Source: Camelus ferus
Lineage: Eukaryota
DNA: 64,000 nt
NCBI RefSeq assembly: GCF_009834535.1
Contig: NC_045696.1
Span: forward strand, 33,110,001-33,174,000
Direction: 5' to 3'
This document shows, in pieces, positions 38,430 to 52,202 of this stretch; positions within the stretch are counted from its first letter, which is position 1; every line of letters starts with the position of its first letter. A model generated the notes under the pieces. The model made no database searches, was not told the DNA's origin, and saw only the letters and a list, made by a program, of their open reading frames with translations. The translations under genes and the position numbers were made by a program.

Positions 38430-41400
38430 GGTGATTCTAGCTAAAGACTTGTCAATTTTGTTTATGTTTTCAAAGAACCAGGTCTTAGTTTCATTGATCT
38501 TCTCTATTGTCTTTTTAGTCTCAATTTTATTTATTTCTGCTCTAATTTTCATTACTTCCTTCTTTCTACTAACTTTGGTCTTCTTCTTTTTTTTATTTCT
38601 TGAAGTATATTTCAAGTTAGGTTGTTTGAGACTTTTGTTTCTTGAGGTCGGCATTTATCTCTAGGAACTTTTCTATTAGAACTGCTTTTGTTGCATCACA
38701 CAAATTGTGGTATCTTGTATTTCCATTGTTATTTGTCTCAAGGTATTATTTTAATTTCTCTTTTGACTTCTTTTTTTGACTGTTCAGTAGCAGTTGTTTA
38801 ATTTTCATATATTTGTGTATTTTCTAGTTTACTTCATGTAATTAATTTTCTATTTCTTATCATTGTGGTCAGAAAAGATGCTTAATATGGTATCAGTCCT
38901 CTTAAATTTAAGGCTTATTTTTGTGCCCTGAGTGTCTTCTATCCTGGAAAATGTTCTATGTGTACTTGAGATGTGTATTCTGGGTTTTTTTTGGGGGGGG
39001 GGATTAAATGTTCCCTATAGATCTACTAAATCTATTTGGTTTAATATGTTGTTTAAGGCCAAAGTTTACTTGATTTTGATTTCCCTGATTTATTGATTTC
39101 TGTCTAGATGATCTATTCATCTATTCATTGATGTAAGTGGGGTAGTGAAATCCCCCACTATTATTTGTATTGCTGTCTATTTCTCCCTTTAGGTCTGTTT
39201 ATATTTGCTTTATATATTTAGGTGCTCCTATGTTGGGTGCATATATATTTTCAATTGTTTTATCTTGTTGGATTTATCATTTGTGTAACAGCCATCATTT
39301 TTTTTTAAATTACGGTCTTTGTTTTAAAGTCTGTTTTATCTGATATAAGTACAAAGATTCCTGCTTTCTCTTGGTTTCCATTTTCATAGAATGTATTTTT
39401 TCCATCTCTTCACTTTTAGTCTGTATGTGTCCTTATATCTAAAGTGAGTCTCTTTTAGGCAGCATATATAGATATAGATATAGATATAGATAGATATAGA
39501 TATGTTTTTGTTGTTGTTTTATTTTGTTGTTATCCATTCTATGTCTTTTGAAATTAATTTACATTTAAGTAAATTATTAAAGAGTATAGATCTCCATTTT
39601 GTTAGTTATTTACTGGGTGTTTTTGTAGTCTCCTCTTTTGCTCTTTTCCTTTGTGATTTGATGACTTTCTTTGGTGATATGCTTAGATTCCTTTCTCTTA
39701 TCTTGTGTGTATTTAATATAGATTTTTGCTTTGTGGTTAGCATGGGGCTTACAAATACCAACTTACATCTGTATCGGTCTAATTTAAGTTGATAACAAGT
39801 TGAGTTTGATCCCATTGTAAGGTTCAGTCTTTTTTACTCTATACTCCATATTTTATGTTTTTCATGTCACATTTCACATCTTATTATTTTGTGTATCTCT
39901 TCACTAATTATTGCAATCATAGTTATTTTCACTACTTTTGTTTTGTAACCTTTGTATTAGCATTATAAGGAATAGTCCATTACTTTTACTGTATACTGAA
40001 CTATTCAACGATGTCTATTTTTTCATATACTTTCTTGTTACTAATTAGCAAGCTTTCTTTTCAGCTTGAGGTTCCTTTAACATTTTTTGTAAGGCTGGAT
40101 TAGTTATGATGAACTCCTTTAGCTTTTGCTCATCTGGAAAACTCTTTATCTCTCCTTCAATTCAGAATGATAACTTTGCCAGGTAGAGTATTCTTGGCTG
40201 GAATTTTAAAATCCTTTTTTTTAGCCCTTTGAATATATCATGCCACTCCCTTCTGTCATTCAAAGTTTCGATTGAAAAATCTGCTGGTAGTGTTAAGGGG
40301 GTTCTTTTGTACATAACAAGTTGTTTTTCTCATTGCTTCTAATATTCTCCCCTTGTCTTTAAGTTTTGACATTTTAATTATAATATGTCTTGGTGTCAGT
40401 CTCTCTGAGTTACTCTTATCTTGAGATCTCTGGGCTTCATGATTTAACTGTCTGTTTCCTTTTCCAGGTTAATGAATGTTTCAACCATTATATATTCAAA
40501 CAAGATATTTGCCTTTTTCTCTCTTTTCCTTCTGGGAGCCCTATAATAAAAATGTTTGTTTGTTTGATATTCTCTAAGCCCCTTATGCTATCTTCACTCT
40601 TTGTTATTTCATTTTATTTTTGCAGCTCTGATTGTGTAGGTTCCAGTGTCTTGCCTTTGAGTTGACTGATCCTTTCTTCTGCTTTATCTACTATGCTGTT
40701 GACCTTCTCTAATGCATATTGTAATCTTTAACTCTGACTTCTATTTGGTACTCTTATATTTTTCATCTCTTTGTTGAAGCACTCACTGTGTTCATCCATT
40801 CTCCCCAGTTCAGGGAGCATTTTTATGACCATTACTTTGAACTCTTTTATCACATGAATTGCTTATCTCCATTTCATTAAGGTCTTGTCTGAAGTTTTTA
40901 TCTGGTTCTTTCAATTGGACTATATTCCTCTGTTTCTTCATTTTTCTTGATTCTGTGTTAGTTTCTATACAGTAGATGAGACAATCGCCTCTCCCAGTCT
41001 TGAAAGACTGGTCTCATGTAAAGATGAAACTTGTTGTTCAACCCTGCTTCAATTCTTTATTCTCTCTCAAACTTTTATGCTTGTCCAAGCAGCCTATTAT
41101 ATTTTTAATAGTTTCCAATAGTTGAGGAAGTGCCAAGACCTGTCAGTGTCCCTAAGAGAAGTCTCAGCACCTAGATTCAGGCAGACTCTTAGGCAGTAGC
41201 TTTTAAAAGTATGCAAGTATTCACTGTCAGGTGAGACTACAAGTGTAAACCCCACTGTCTAGTGGATTGTGCAGTGTCCCCTGGGCAGCAGTCACAAAAA
41301 CCAGGGCTCCAGATGAGCATACAAGCTCTTTTCTGAAATAAAAGGGCAAGATGGAGTGAGACAGAGGGAGAGCGCCAAGATGCTGCCCACAGCCTGTACT

Positions 41401-42765
41401 CCTTGAGAGCAGCTTCACAGTTGACTAGATGTTTGTCAAACCTGAAGTCTCTACCTCAGGTTGAAGCTCCAGAACAAGCAGAGCCTCTTTCACAGATTGG
41501 GAGTGTGCCTTAGTCTGTCCAGTGCCTTGTGGGGAAGACGGGGTGCAGGCGGCCTGCCCCAAACCATCTCTCCATTGCCACAGTCTGCTGGGACCCAGGA
41601 TGCAAGTGCCCTGGCCATCATCGCCAGGTGATCAAGAGTCATCCCCTGGGTGGCAGCTGCCCAAACTGAGACACCAGACGTAACAGCCAGGTTACCAGCC
41701 ACATATAAACCTCCCTTCCAGAAGGTACTTACGTTCCAGATCACAGCAGAGGAAGAGTGCAAAGGTAGGCAAAGAGGAAGGATTGCGGTCAGCCCCTAGC
41801 AGCCTGCCACCCAGGCTGCAGCCATGATGATTACCTAGTAGGCTTTCTTCACAGAAAGACTGAGCTCCTGGATGTGTTGCCTCTTGTGTCCTGGGGTGGG
41901 AGCTGTTAAGAACTTTTTCTCTGTTAGTTAAAGTCCTGTGGCACTCATGAGAGTAAGCCCCATGGGCTGCCAGAGCCATGAAACAGAGGGTCTCCCCTGA
42001 TGGAAGTCAGTAAAATTGGAGTGCCAGACAGAAGGTGATCTTCTTTCTGAGTGACACTGATTATTGCAGTCTCCTGGGACCAGGAACCCAAACTCTGCTG
42101 GCCCCCAGAGTCAGGAACCAAGAGGCATTTCCTGGGTGGGAGCCACAGTGACCAAGGCTCCAGACACGTGGAACAGCTTCTGCCCAGGAGATACTGGCAT
42201 TTTGGAGCACAGGAAAGGGAAAGCATAAAAGTGGAACCCAGGAGACTCCATGTCTGGATAGTGTTCCACAGGCTCCTAGACATGTGTTAAATTAGATGCC
42301 TGCCCATGCTTTGATGTAAGCAAGTGATCCTCCTTTATGTTAAGTCTGGGCCCAATCAGCTGGGCTCTGGGGTGGGTAAGTCTGAGTACAAGGACTCTTA
42401 GAGCTGTCTCCCAGATGGCCACAGTCTTGTATGTGTTATCATGCGAGCTCTGTTGGTCTTCAAATTTAGGTGTTTCGGAAGCTTGTCTCTGAGGTGCAGG
42501 CCCCACTTAGGATTTGAACTCTTCACTCCCTAGAGATAAGCTCTGGGTTTTGAATTTTCTCCCAGTTGTGGGTTGAGGTGCTATGGATGGAGTTTATGGC
42601 AAGATTGTGTCTCAGCCTCTTCTACCCACTTTGACATGGCTTTCTTCTTGTTTGCCCCATGTATAGTCATCACTCAGCCAGACTTTAGGGTTTTATGTAG
42701 CTGCAGATTCACAGGAGGACGTGAGTTCAGGATCCCCCTTCATCATTGTCTTCAACCAGAACCAT
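36650..42765 (-). mobile_element. Near-full-length inactive LINE-1 (5'UTR, ORF1, ORF2 EN and RT) lacking its 3' end
   Basis: ORF2 peptide '[34 protein letters not shown]' (38397-38654) and 'EVKHLYIENCKTLMKEI' (37180-37368). ORF1-like sequence lies at about 40050-40950 and a GC-richer 5'UTR at about 41000-42765. Many stops and frameshifts. Confidence 0.93.
39464..39503 (+). repeat. (ATATAG)n hexanucleotide microsatellite within the L1
   Basis: Read directly from the sequence. Confidence 0.95.
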
Positions 42766-44714
42766 AGTCAGATTACCAGGATTAGCTAGTTAGCTCTTTA
42801 TTTAAACAGCAACAAAACCCCTCTGTTGTAGACTTTATATTAAACATGAGGAGTGGGAATTGAATTCTGCAACAATAACCTGTAAAACCTAAAAACAACA
42901 AGAAGCTAATATCTAGGGGAAAAAATTATTTTACTTCATCTACCTCTGATGGAAGTCATAAAGAATCTGGCTTCTGGTATGCCAAAAAACAAACAAACAA
43001 AAACAAATGTAAGGTCAAGAAAGCTTGTGTTCATTTGCTCTGATAGGTTCCCAATATCCCCCTGTATAAAAAAAAAAAAGATCATATTTAATTCATCAAC
43101 ATGATAGGGAGATACACAAAATATAATCCCTGAATTTGCAAATATTGGCTATGGGTAGGGCACTGCAAAAACAAACAAAGCAAAAAACAAAGAAACTCAC
43201 TTTTGAGTACTTTTAAAAGCAAGTTTTTTGTTTGCTAGTGGATGCCAGATGACAGAATTAAACCAGACAAATACATAGAGTGTTTACGTCTCTCTGTTAT
43301 TACCAGCACAGATTTTTAAATGGCCCATACATCTATGTGTAGCACTAAGGGACTGCATCTGTGTTGCTGAGCAGCAGACTGCTGGCATGAAAATCCCAGT
43401 GGCTCAAAGGAACACAGCTTTGGAAGCTCAGGTAGTTTTGCGAGGAAATGGCCTGGGAGAAGGGAGGGCTGCATTCTCGTCCTCACTGTTTTGGTAGCTG
43501 GCTATGCAGTCTTGGGCTTCTCTGTTCATATTTTTTAAAATAATTAGATTATTTTTAAGGTCTCTTTCAACTCACCTCATAAAATTTATATCCCTGCAAA
43601 CACAGATATTCACTGTCAGTGTTAAGTGAGCTACTTTGACTGCTTCTCCTGATGGTATAACTTCCTCCCCCCTCCCCACAAGATATATATACACATATAT
43701 ATATACATTTTGATGATTGTTCTTATAAGAATGAATATGGCAAGCAAGTTTATGCACTAGCAGTTTTATGCATTTGATTAGAAAACATATTTAGGAGACT
43801 TTGGTAGGTTAGCAATAAGTAATTAGTGATGAAAAAATATGACTGTTAAAGAAAATAGACCTAAGTGATGGAGTCTCTTCTTTCACGCTGCTGTAACTGA
43901 GTGCAGCTTAAATAATATTTGATGTGTTCTTAATGCTTAGAAGGAAAAACAATCCCTGGCTTCCTTCAGATTTGCATTGGGTTTTACTAATTAGCATATA
44001 AATAAATTACAATCTAATTTTCCTGGATGCATTTTCTTCCTGGAATCCTACTTATTTCCTTCATATTAAAGATTCTCCCAGTTTAGCCACAGAACTTGGA
44101 CTTCCAACAAAAAACTGCACTACTTCAATTTTGGAAAGTGTCCAAAAACCTTTAGAGGCACTCAGTCCATTTAACACTTGAAAAGTAAACCTGATTGAAG
44201 TCACTGTGTGGCCGTGCTCTAAGTGGATCACGTTCTCTCTGCGGACATGCATAATTCTCTCCAGGTTTAATGCCAGTTATGAGTTTGCCTCAACAGAATG
44301 CCCAGAGCATCGATACATGGTGGCTGGAATCACACTTACTTTTAAAACTATTAAATATATGAAATAATTCTCACTGTATGCACACGAATAATAATGGAGT
44401 GTCACAGATCCACAAAGAGGGAAAAAGAAAACAAAACTCTGGGTAGATAAAGACATTTTCCTTAGGAACCAACCAACTTGTTGGCTCAAAACCAGAAATA
44501 AAAAAGGGTAATTTTTGGTTTTGCTAGCATAATAAAATGTTTGGAGCACAGAGGTCATGGAAAAGGACACAGCATTCAGTCGGCCGCTTCTTAGTCATAT
44601 AGCACACAGGAAATTCAGGGTGTTTGTCCAGTAACGAGGACATTCTGTGCTCAGGGAAGCACCTCTGTAGAACTGTTTCCTCAGCAGAAGCTTCATTCTG
44701 TGTTCCCCTCCATC

Positions 44715-44857
44715 CCAACTTTATTGAGTAATAATTGACAGATATAATTGTATACATTTAAAGTGTACAATGTGACGATTTGCTATACATATACATTGTG
44801 GAATGATTACCCTGTTCAAGGTGATTAACATATCCATCAGCTCACAGAGTTAACTTT

Positions 44858-44901
<44 letters not shown>

Positions 44902-45345
44902 TGTTGGGAACACTTAAGGTTTATTCTCAGCAGCTCTCAAGTATGCCATATTATGAACTATAGCTCCCAAGCTATTTATTAGATCCTCAGAACTAATTAT
45001 TCTTAGAACTGAAGGATAGTACCCTTTAACCTACCTCTCCCCATTTCTCCCTCTCTCTCCCCCGGCAGTCATTCTATTCTTAGTTTCCATTACTTGACTT
45101 TTTTTTTTAAACTTAATTCACATGTAAGTGATGCCATACTTAGTGTTTGTCTTTCTCTGTTTAGCTTGTCTTACTTAGCATAATGTGCTCTGGTTTCATC
45201 CATATCATCACAAATGTCAGGATTTCCCTTTTTTATGGCTGAATATGATTCCATTGTGTCTGTAAGCTACAGTTTTTCTTTCCATTCATCCCTCAGAGGA
45301 CATTTAAATTGTATTGGTATCTTGGCCTTTATGAACTGTCTGTAT
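44715..45345 (-). mobile_element. L1MA-type 3' end
   Basis: 'ctttattgagtaataattgacagatataattgtatacatttaaagtgtacaatg'. Confidence 0.88.
44861..44900 (+). repeat. (GT)20 perfect microsatellite
   Basis: Counted directly. Confidence 0.97.
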
Positions 45346-45553
45346 AGGTTCACTATAATTTTAAGGTTTAGGAAAAACGAGGCTAAAATAGTCTTTGTTT
45401 CTTGACTTGTATATGTCTAGAAGTCCACACTAGATGTAATAATAAATGCTTAAACCCAAATGAAACAATTAATCCTGGAGCATTAAAATCAGAATTTGGA
45501 GAACTTCTGCTCTTTCCTGAGAGTGTGCATACATATCTAGCATTGCAGTGCAC

Positions 45554-45762
45554 CCATGGTTCTCAGTCAGGGGCCACTGGACCCCTAGGAGATGTTTTCC
45601 CCGTAGGAGATGCTGTTGGTTGTTGCAGTGTGTTGAGAGAAGTTGATACCAGCAGCTAGAAGCCAAGTATGTTGCTACGCATCCTATGATGCACAGAACA
45701 GCTTCCACACCAAAGAATTATCCAGTCCAAAATGCGGATAGTGCTGAGGTTGGGAAACCCTA
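45554..45762 (+). mobile_element. MER20 hAT-Charlie MITE
   Basis: 'tggttctcag...catcctatgatgcacagaacagc...aaagaattatccagtccaaaatg...tgctgaggttgggaaaccct' matches MER20. Confidence 0.9.
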
Positions 45763-46174
45763 CTTCATGAACAGAAAACTTTTCTAATTTAAAACATTTA
45801 ATGGTTTGAGACTATCTGTTGTTGAGTTATAACTATCGGGAATGTTAATGGCACTTTATTATATACCCATATTTTTAGTATGTAATGTGTGTGTGATGGA
45901 AACTAGTCATTCATGGAGAACTGAATTGGAAGGCTCCCAAACATCAAGAAACATTGCCTTTATAATAAGTAAATCAGTGATGAGTGACTCTTCCCTGCGC
46001 AGGTGAAGAATCCACTCACATTCCTAGGGAATTGATGCATCTAGCGAAACTGAACCTGATATTCTTTTATTCATCACTTAAAAAATGCAAAATAGTCTCA
46101 TTCAAGAGTACTGACACTGAGAAGCGAGAATAATATTCTTGGTACATTCTCTCTGCATTTTTAGGGAAACAAAC

Positions 46175-46335
46175 ACAGAATCTGCACTCTACAGGGGCCT
46201 TTAAAGATCATCTATTTTAATCCTTGTATTTTATAGATGGAGAGCATAATCCTCAAAAGGGGGGAGTGTGGATCTGCAGGTGCACAACTAGTTAGTAATG
46301 AAACCAGATCAACAGTCACGGTGTATATCACTATC
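46175..46335 (-). mobile_element. MIR/MIR3 fragment
   Basis: 'ggcctttaaagatcatctattttaatccttgtattttatagatggagag'. Confidence 0.65.
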
Positions 46336-46879
46336 AAAATGAGGTCATGATTTGGTGACTTTGTAAAATTGAGTCTATGGATATTGAGATGTTCTATTGA
46401 GGTGATTTATAATGGAATTCTGCTCAGCTGCAATAGTTTGGAATTGTCCTTCATGACTGACATGACCTCTTTTGCCATCTAGATAAGATAGAACTTACCG
46501 CATAATGATTTTTGCCTTCTCTGGGATGTACCTTCTTTGTGCTAATATTATATTCATACTAGAAACATCATTTTCAAGTCACAATGTGCCATATGTAATA
46601 TTCTATTTTAAATCATGTTATGCCTTTAAAGTCATACATGTCTGTGTCCGTATGTCAGAGAGATTAAGAGGTGAGTCTCTAAAAATTCATTTCTGTCCAC
46701 AAATCCATTAATCTTTTACATTTTCATGGAAAAAGTCTGCTTTCTGTCCTTGAACAATAGCCTGCATATAGACTTAATTTATGAACATAGTTTTTTTTGC
46801 TTTATTGTTAAGCCGATTCTTCTGGGTTTTGTGCCTTCACACATTAATAGGGCCATACGGCCAAATTATTTTTCCTGTG

Positions 46880-47097
46880 TTTTTTTAAATTCTTATTTTA
46901 TACTGAAGTGTAGTCGATTTACAATGTTAGTTTCATGTGTAAGGCAAAGCACTTCTATTATCATATACATACATATATATATTTCAGATTCTTTTCCATT
47001 ACAGCTCATTACAAGAAATTGAATATCGTTCCCTGTGCTATAGAGTAAGCCCATATTGTTTATTTTATATATAGTAATGGGTGTCTGTTAATCCTAA
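46880..47097 (-). mobile_element. Short young-type L1 3' end
   Basis: 'tgaagtgtagtcgatttacaatgttagtttc...gttccctgtgctatag'. Confidence 0.85.
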
Positions 47098-50000
47098 TCC
47101 TTGTGATAATTTTTACCTCTGATTCAAGATTACTGATATAGTCTTTAAATGAAGATTATGAAAGTAATGAGAACTACATATTTTTCTTTAAGGGAGATTA
47201 TACAGTAATTGTATTTCATATCAGTTTGAAGTAAAAAACGTTACAGAAGTTTGACCTAGTTATTTTTAAAAAGTGCTTTTAATTGTGTTGAAAGTATCAT
47301 CCTGACAATACCAGTTGATATAATCTTAAAGAACATGTTATCTATGACTTCGTTGACACATTGTTGTAAACTGAAGCTTCATGTATAGGAAGCTTCAAGA
47401 CAATATTTATTGAAAAAAAGGAACTCTTTGTTTACACTTAAATATCAGTGGTCCTTTCACACTCTAGTGACTAAAAGTTATTAGGAAATATCCAACATGT
47501 TATGTAAACATTACAGAGGCCTAATTTGGAGGCCCAAACTTCTGAACAGCTCCTTCATTAAGGTACAAATTATCACATTCTCAACAGATTGTATTATTAT
47601 TTTATGACTGTCTTCTGGTTATAGGAGATTTTAGAAGACATTACTAATTGTACAAAATAATATGGTATCATATGAAATTGATAGGATACCCTCTTCTCAG
47701 ATAAGTTGTAAGGTATCTCAAAGTTGGCACCGTATTTAACATTTAATAGTATTCACCTGACAGGTTCTCAGAATGTCATACCTATCTTGGGGATTGAGGG
47801 TGTCCATATATAGCACTCCTCTCTTTCCCTCCTGAATTAGAAACAAATTGAAAAATAAGATAGAGCACAGATGGATATAAAAATTGTTACAGAAAAAAAA
47901 GCATAGAAAAATTGTCTAGATTTGTATCTAAAAGAGGTTGATTATTATTCTTTCCTTCTCCCACATCGCCCCCTTTTTCCTATACATGTAGATGCCTTGG
48001 AACCACCCCTCCCAGGAAACTCTGTGTTTACAAAGCAACTTGAGTTTTTTCAAGATAGCTGCCTCTCACTGGTCAAGGTGGGAAAAATAAAGCAAAAGCT
48101 TAGAAATTAAACCTCTCAATGCTTCAATTCTACAAAGTCAAGAAATATGACCCAGATAGTAAATAACTGCATCTTCTTACCTACCGGTGTGATAACCAGT
48201 CAAAAGAGAAATTAAGCATGAGGAGCGTAACAAGGAGAGGTGTTCTAACGCAGGTGTCTTCATATGCAAATGCAGTATCAGAGGCAGGGAGTGTTCCCAC
48301 CAACATGACATATTCTAATAAAATGTGTTTCCTTTGGTTGATTGACTATTCCCTGATAAGATACTTTTATCCTTCTGGGAGTGACTTATTAATTTTTTTA
48401 TCCCCTCAAAATGAAGGAAAAATATCAATGTGTCCTCTGGGATTCTGTAGCTCTGCTACAAAAAAAATGGTTATCTACTTGTGAGGGACATGGAATTATA
48501 TGGACAAGAGAAATAACCAAGAGATTAGGTTGATTATTAGGTGGAAAATATTTACATGAGCATACTGATTTTTCTCGCTCTGTTTAACAATTGTAAGAAG
48601 AGTCAAGATTAGTCTTGATTAAAGATTCACTTTTGTTTAGATCTTAATATTTTTATTAATTTCTATGCTGTTTAATTATGCTAATGAAAATTGCTATTAT
48701 GAGGTACTTTCAGAATTTTGGAATTTTATGCTCAGTTATCTAATGATTCTAAGATAAATTCAAATAGAATATAGAAGTGTGCAAATCACAGTCTATACAT
48801 TTTTCCTAAATTAGTGAAACTAAATACATATACAGAATATAGATGAGAGAATGAATTTAAACATTTGTATTTTATTTGAGTAACTTTAGTAGTCATATTG
48901 ATTTAAAAAATTTTTGTGATGGTGCATAATTATAATGTTAAACTATCCTAAAGAGAAATATTTGATAAGAAGTAATGTAGTAGACTGTGGAATTCATGGC
49001 TTATATTAATATTTTCTCATTCATACATTTTGATAAAATAGTATCTATTCAGTTGATGAGACAACATTAGCTATAGCAAAAAGAAGCCAGTTTCAGACTA
49101 AGGAAATGTGTCTTATTTCAGTTGTTTTTAATTCATTCTTCATTTGTAGTACTTTGAACATAAGGAAAACACTGAAGACACTGTATGTTTCTGTATGTCA
49201 CTACAGTAGTACATGTTACCTAGACTTCAGGGCATCGGTTAACATACTCTGCTTGACAAGCCAAAGGGAAAGCATAAAAACAAGGTAGACCGAAGATCTC
49301 CATGATTCTAAACTAGATTATCCTGGCATCCTGACATAATCTCTAAATGAATCCACAAGTGACAAAAGCACTCAGAAGGGACATCTACAAACTGCTGTCC
49401 ATTCAGAGAGCAATCCCAGGGCCTTCTCTTGGACACTTAGCATGTTTTCACTTGTTCAAGTGGGGCTGTTCCCAAGATTTTATGACCAGAGTCTGGGAGG
49501 AAGGGAGAGTTCTGTTACGAATGATAAAAGATGGTGATAAAATACAAACATTGATTTTTTTCTCTAGTTTTATATATATAGATAGAGATCTGGAGATAGA
49601 ATAAATTAAATTTATTTATCTTCCATTACATATAGATATTTGTAGATAACATATTCCTGTTTAGTAGATAAACTTTTGCTAGTGAAAGCTCAGTATCATC
49701 CCTGGGTAGAGACAGATGCACGGAGAGCATCCATCCCTGTCATCTCTCTTTTCCTCTCAGTGCTTGCAAAGATCTCTGTCATGCTTCTGCACAGGACAGT
49801 GAAGGCTCTGACCAGGCTAACCCAGCATGGGTTGGGAGGGCCATGACCTTATTTGAAAGCTCTCTCTCTGAAATCTCAAATGCCCTGAATACCAATGTTG
49901 AATTTGCCTGAGTCTGTCCTCTCTGATTTCCCCTAGTACATAACTCAGGAGCTCTCTGTCAAATTTGATGTGGCTGATAATAAGCAGGCTTTTGTATTAA

Positions 50001-50991
50001 ATACAAGTTCTCTGGGTAACTTTTGAAAGTGAAAAGGAAAAATATAGAGAAAATTGAAGACTAAAGGGAGTATGTTTTTGTTCTACAGCAATACATTTAC
50101 TCTGTAAATCAATGCATTTATCTGTACTTACGCTTTTTACTTCTGTTCTATATTAACCCCATCTGATTTATGCTAATTTCTGCCCAAAGTGACAAGAGAA
50201 GCAGAAAGTTATAGAGTTACATAGAGTATTTGCTTTACTATTACTCCACCTACTGGAATTGCCCTTCACTGACCACAAATTCTAGGACAGAGACTTAAGG
50301 AAAAATGAGAGAAAGGGAACTGGATTTATATACATGGACTGATAAAACTGTTCTCTTCAAATTGATTCATTTAATGGGATGATACTTATAAAAATGAGAC
50401 TATTTTTATTGGGGCATGAGTTCACTATTTAGTAACAGGATGGATACATTGTTTTCCTCTTTTTTATTTTATGTTCTTCTCAGTTTCAGAGTCCTGATCA
50501 CAACCTGTAGAAACTGTTTTTTTGATATTCAAATGCTGCACTATGCATTATTACAATATGTATCATTTGCTTATCAATCAAGCATGCATGCTTTCCTTAT
50601 AAAAAATGTAGGTTCTCAGTGTTTCAGGAATGTCTTCAAACAAAATAATTTCAGAGGAACACTGAAATATTTTGTTGAGTTTACCTTTATATATCAAGAT
50701 AAATTAACTTTTTTATTTACAAATATAATGTAGAAGACTTTTTGAATTACTACAAATTATACATTCTAACTTAATATGTTTTCCACATTGTTTACATCAG
50801 ATCATGGGAATCCTGTCCATATTTGCATTTATTATTAGATATGTTTTACCTGATTTTCAGTTTTGGAGTACCTGAAAAAATGCAATATAATTTTATTACA
50901 TTTAATTAGAATCTAATTAGAGTTAGGATTACATATTATTTTTATATCAAGCACTTAATTTAGCAGATAATTTGTCCATGGCCATATGTAT

Positions 50992-51887
50992 ATATTTATT
51001 TATTGACATATAGTTGAAGAAATATTGTGTTAGTTTCTGGTGTAGCAAAGTGATTCAGTTATATAGAGAGAGATATAGATATATAGGTATATATCTTCTT
51101 TTTCATTATGGGTTATAATAAGATATTGAATATCATTGCTTGTGCTATAGAGTAGGACCTTGTTTATCTGTTTTATATATAGTAGTTTGTATCTGCTAAT
51201 CTCAAACTCCTTATTTATCCCTCCCCCCACCTTCCCTTTTAGTAACCATAAATTTGTTTTCTATGTCTGTAAATCTGTTTCAGTTTTGTAAATAAGTTCA
51301 TTTGTGTCTTTTTGTTTGTTTGTTTGTTTAAGATTCCACATATAAGTGATAACATATGGTATGTTTCTTTCTCTTTCTGGCTTACTTCACTCACTATGAC
51401 AGTCTCCAAGTCCATCCATGTTGCTGCAAACAACATTATTTTATTCTTTTTTATGGCTGACTAGTATTCCATTGTATACATATAACCACATCTTCCTTAG
51501 CCAGTTATCTGTCAATGGACATTTGGGTTGTTTCTGTGTCTTGGCTATTGTAAGTAGTACTGCTATGAACATTGGAGTGCATGTATTTCTTCAAATTAGA
51601 GTTTCCTCTGGAAATATGCCCCAGAATGGGATTGCTGATCATATGGCAACTCTATTTTTAGTTTTGTAAGGAATCTCTATACTGTTTTCCATAGTGGCTG
51701 CACCAAATTACATTCCCACCAACAGTGTAGTAGAAGGGTTCATTTTTCTCCACACCCTCTCCAGCATTTATCATTTGTAGACTTTTTAATGATGGCCATC
51801 CTGACTGGTGTGAGGTGATATCTCATTGTAGTTAGATTTGCATTTCTCTGATAATTAGTGATATTGAGCACTTTTCATGTGCCTGTT
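50992..51887 (-). mobile_element. 5'-truncated LINE-1 with ~15-bp TSD
   Basis: L1 3'UTR and ORF2 end ('FAATWMDLETVIVSEVSQKEK'). TSD CATGGCCATATRTAT at 50977-50991 and 51888-51902. Confidence 0.93.
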
Positions 51888-52202
51888 CATGGCCATATAT
51901 ATTTTTTTTAAAAAACTGTCTTAAAGTAACATGCTGATAAAAAATATTCTAAGATATTGGCAGTTACCATGCTCACTATATTGTGTTTCTTTTTAAATGA
52001 ATCAAAGTCACCTTAGTTTATTTCTGAAGTGAATTTAAAAGTGACTTCCTTCATAATGTAGAAACAAATTGATACTAAACTAACGCTGAATAATGTGTGT
52101 TTGTGTTTATGTATGTGAAAAATATGATATATAGGGGCATTATTAATCCTCACATTTATATTACCTTTTCTTGAATGTACATAAAAAAATAACAGGACAG
52201 AC

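Noticed and set aside
41270..42200. CRISPR-like repeat-spacer array
   Set aside because: The repeats are degenerate and irregularly spaced, lie inside an L1 5'UTR in mammalian DNA, and have no cas genes nearby.
45985..46010. Plus-strand AG|GT (ttccctgcgcag|gtgaag) as a recursive site
   Set aside because: The donor is weak at +4 to +6 and the pyrimidine tract is short.
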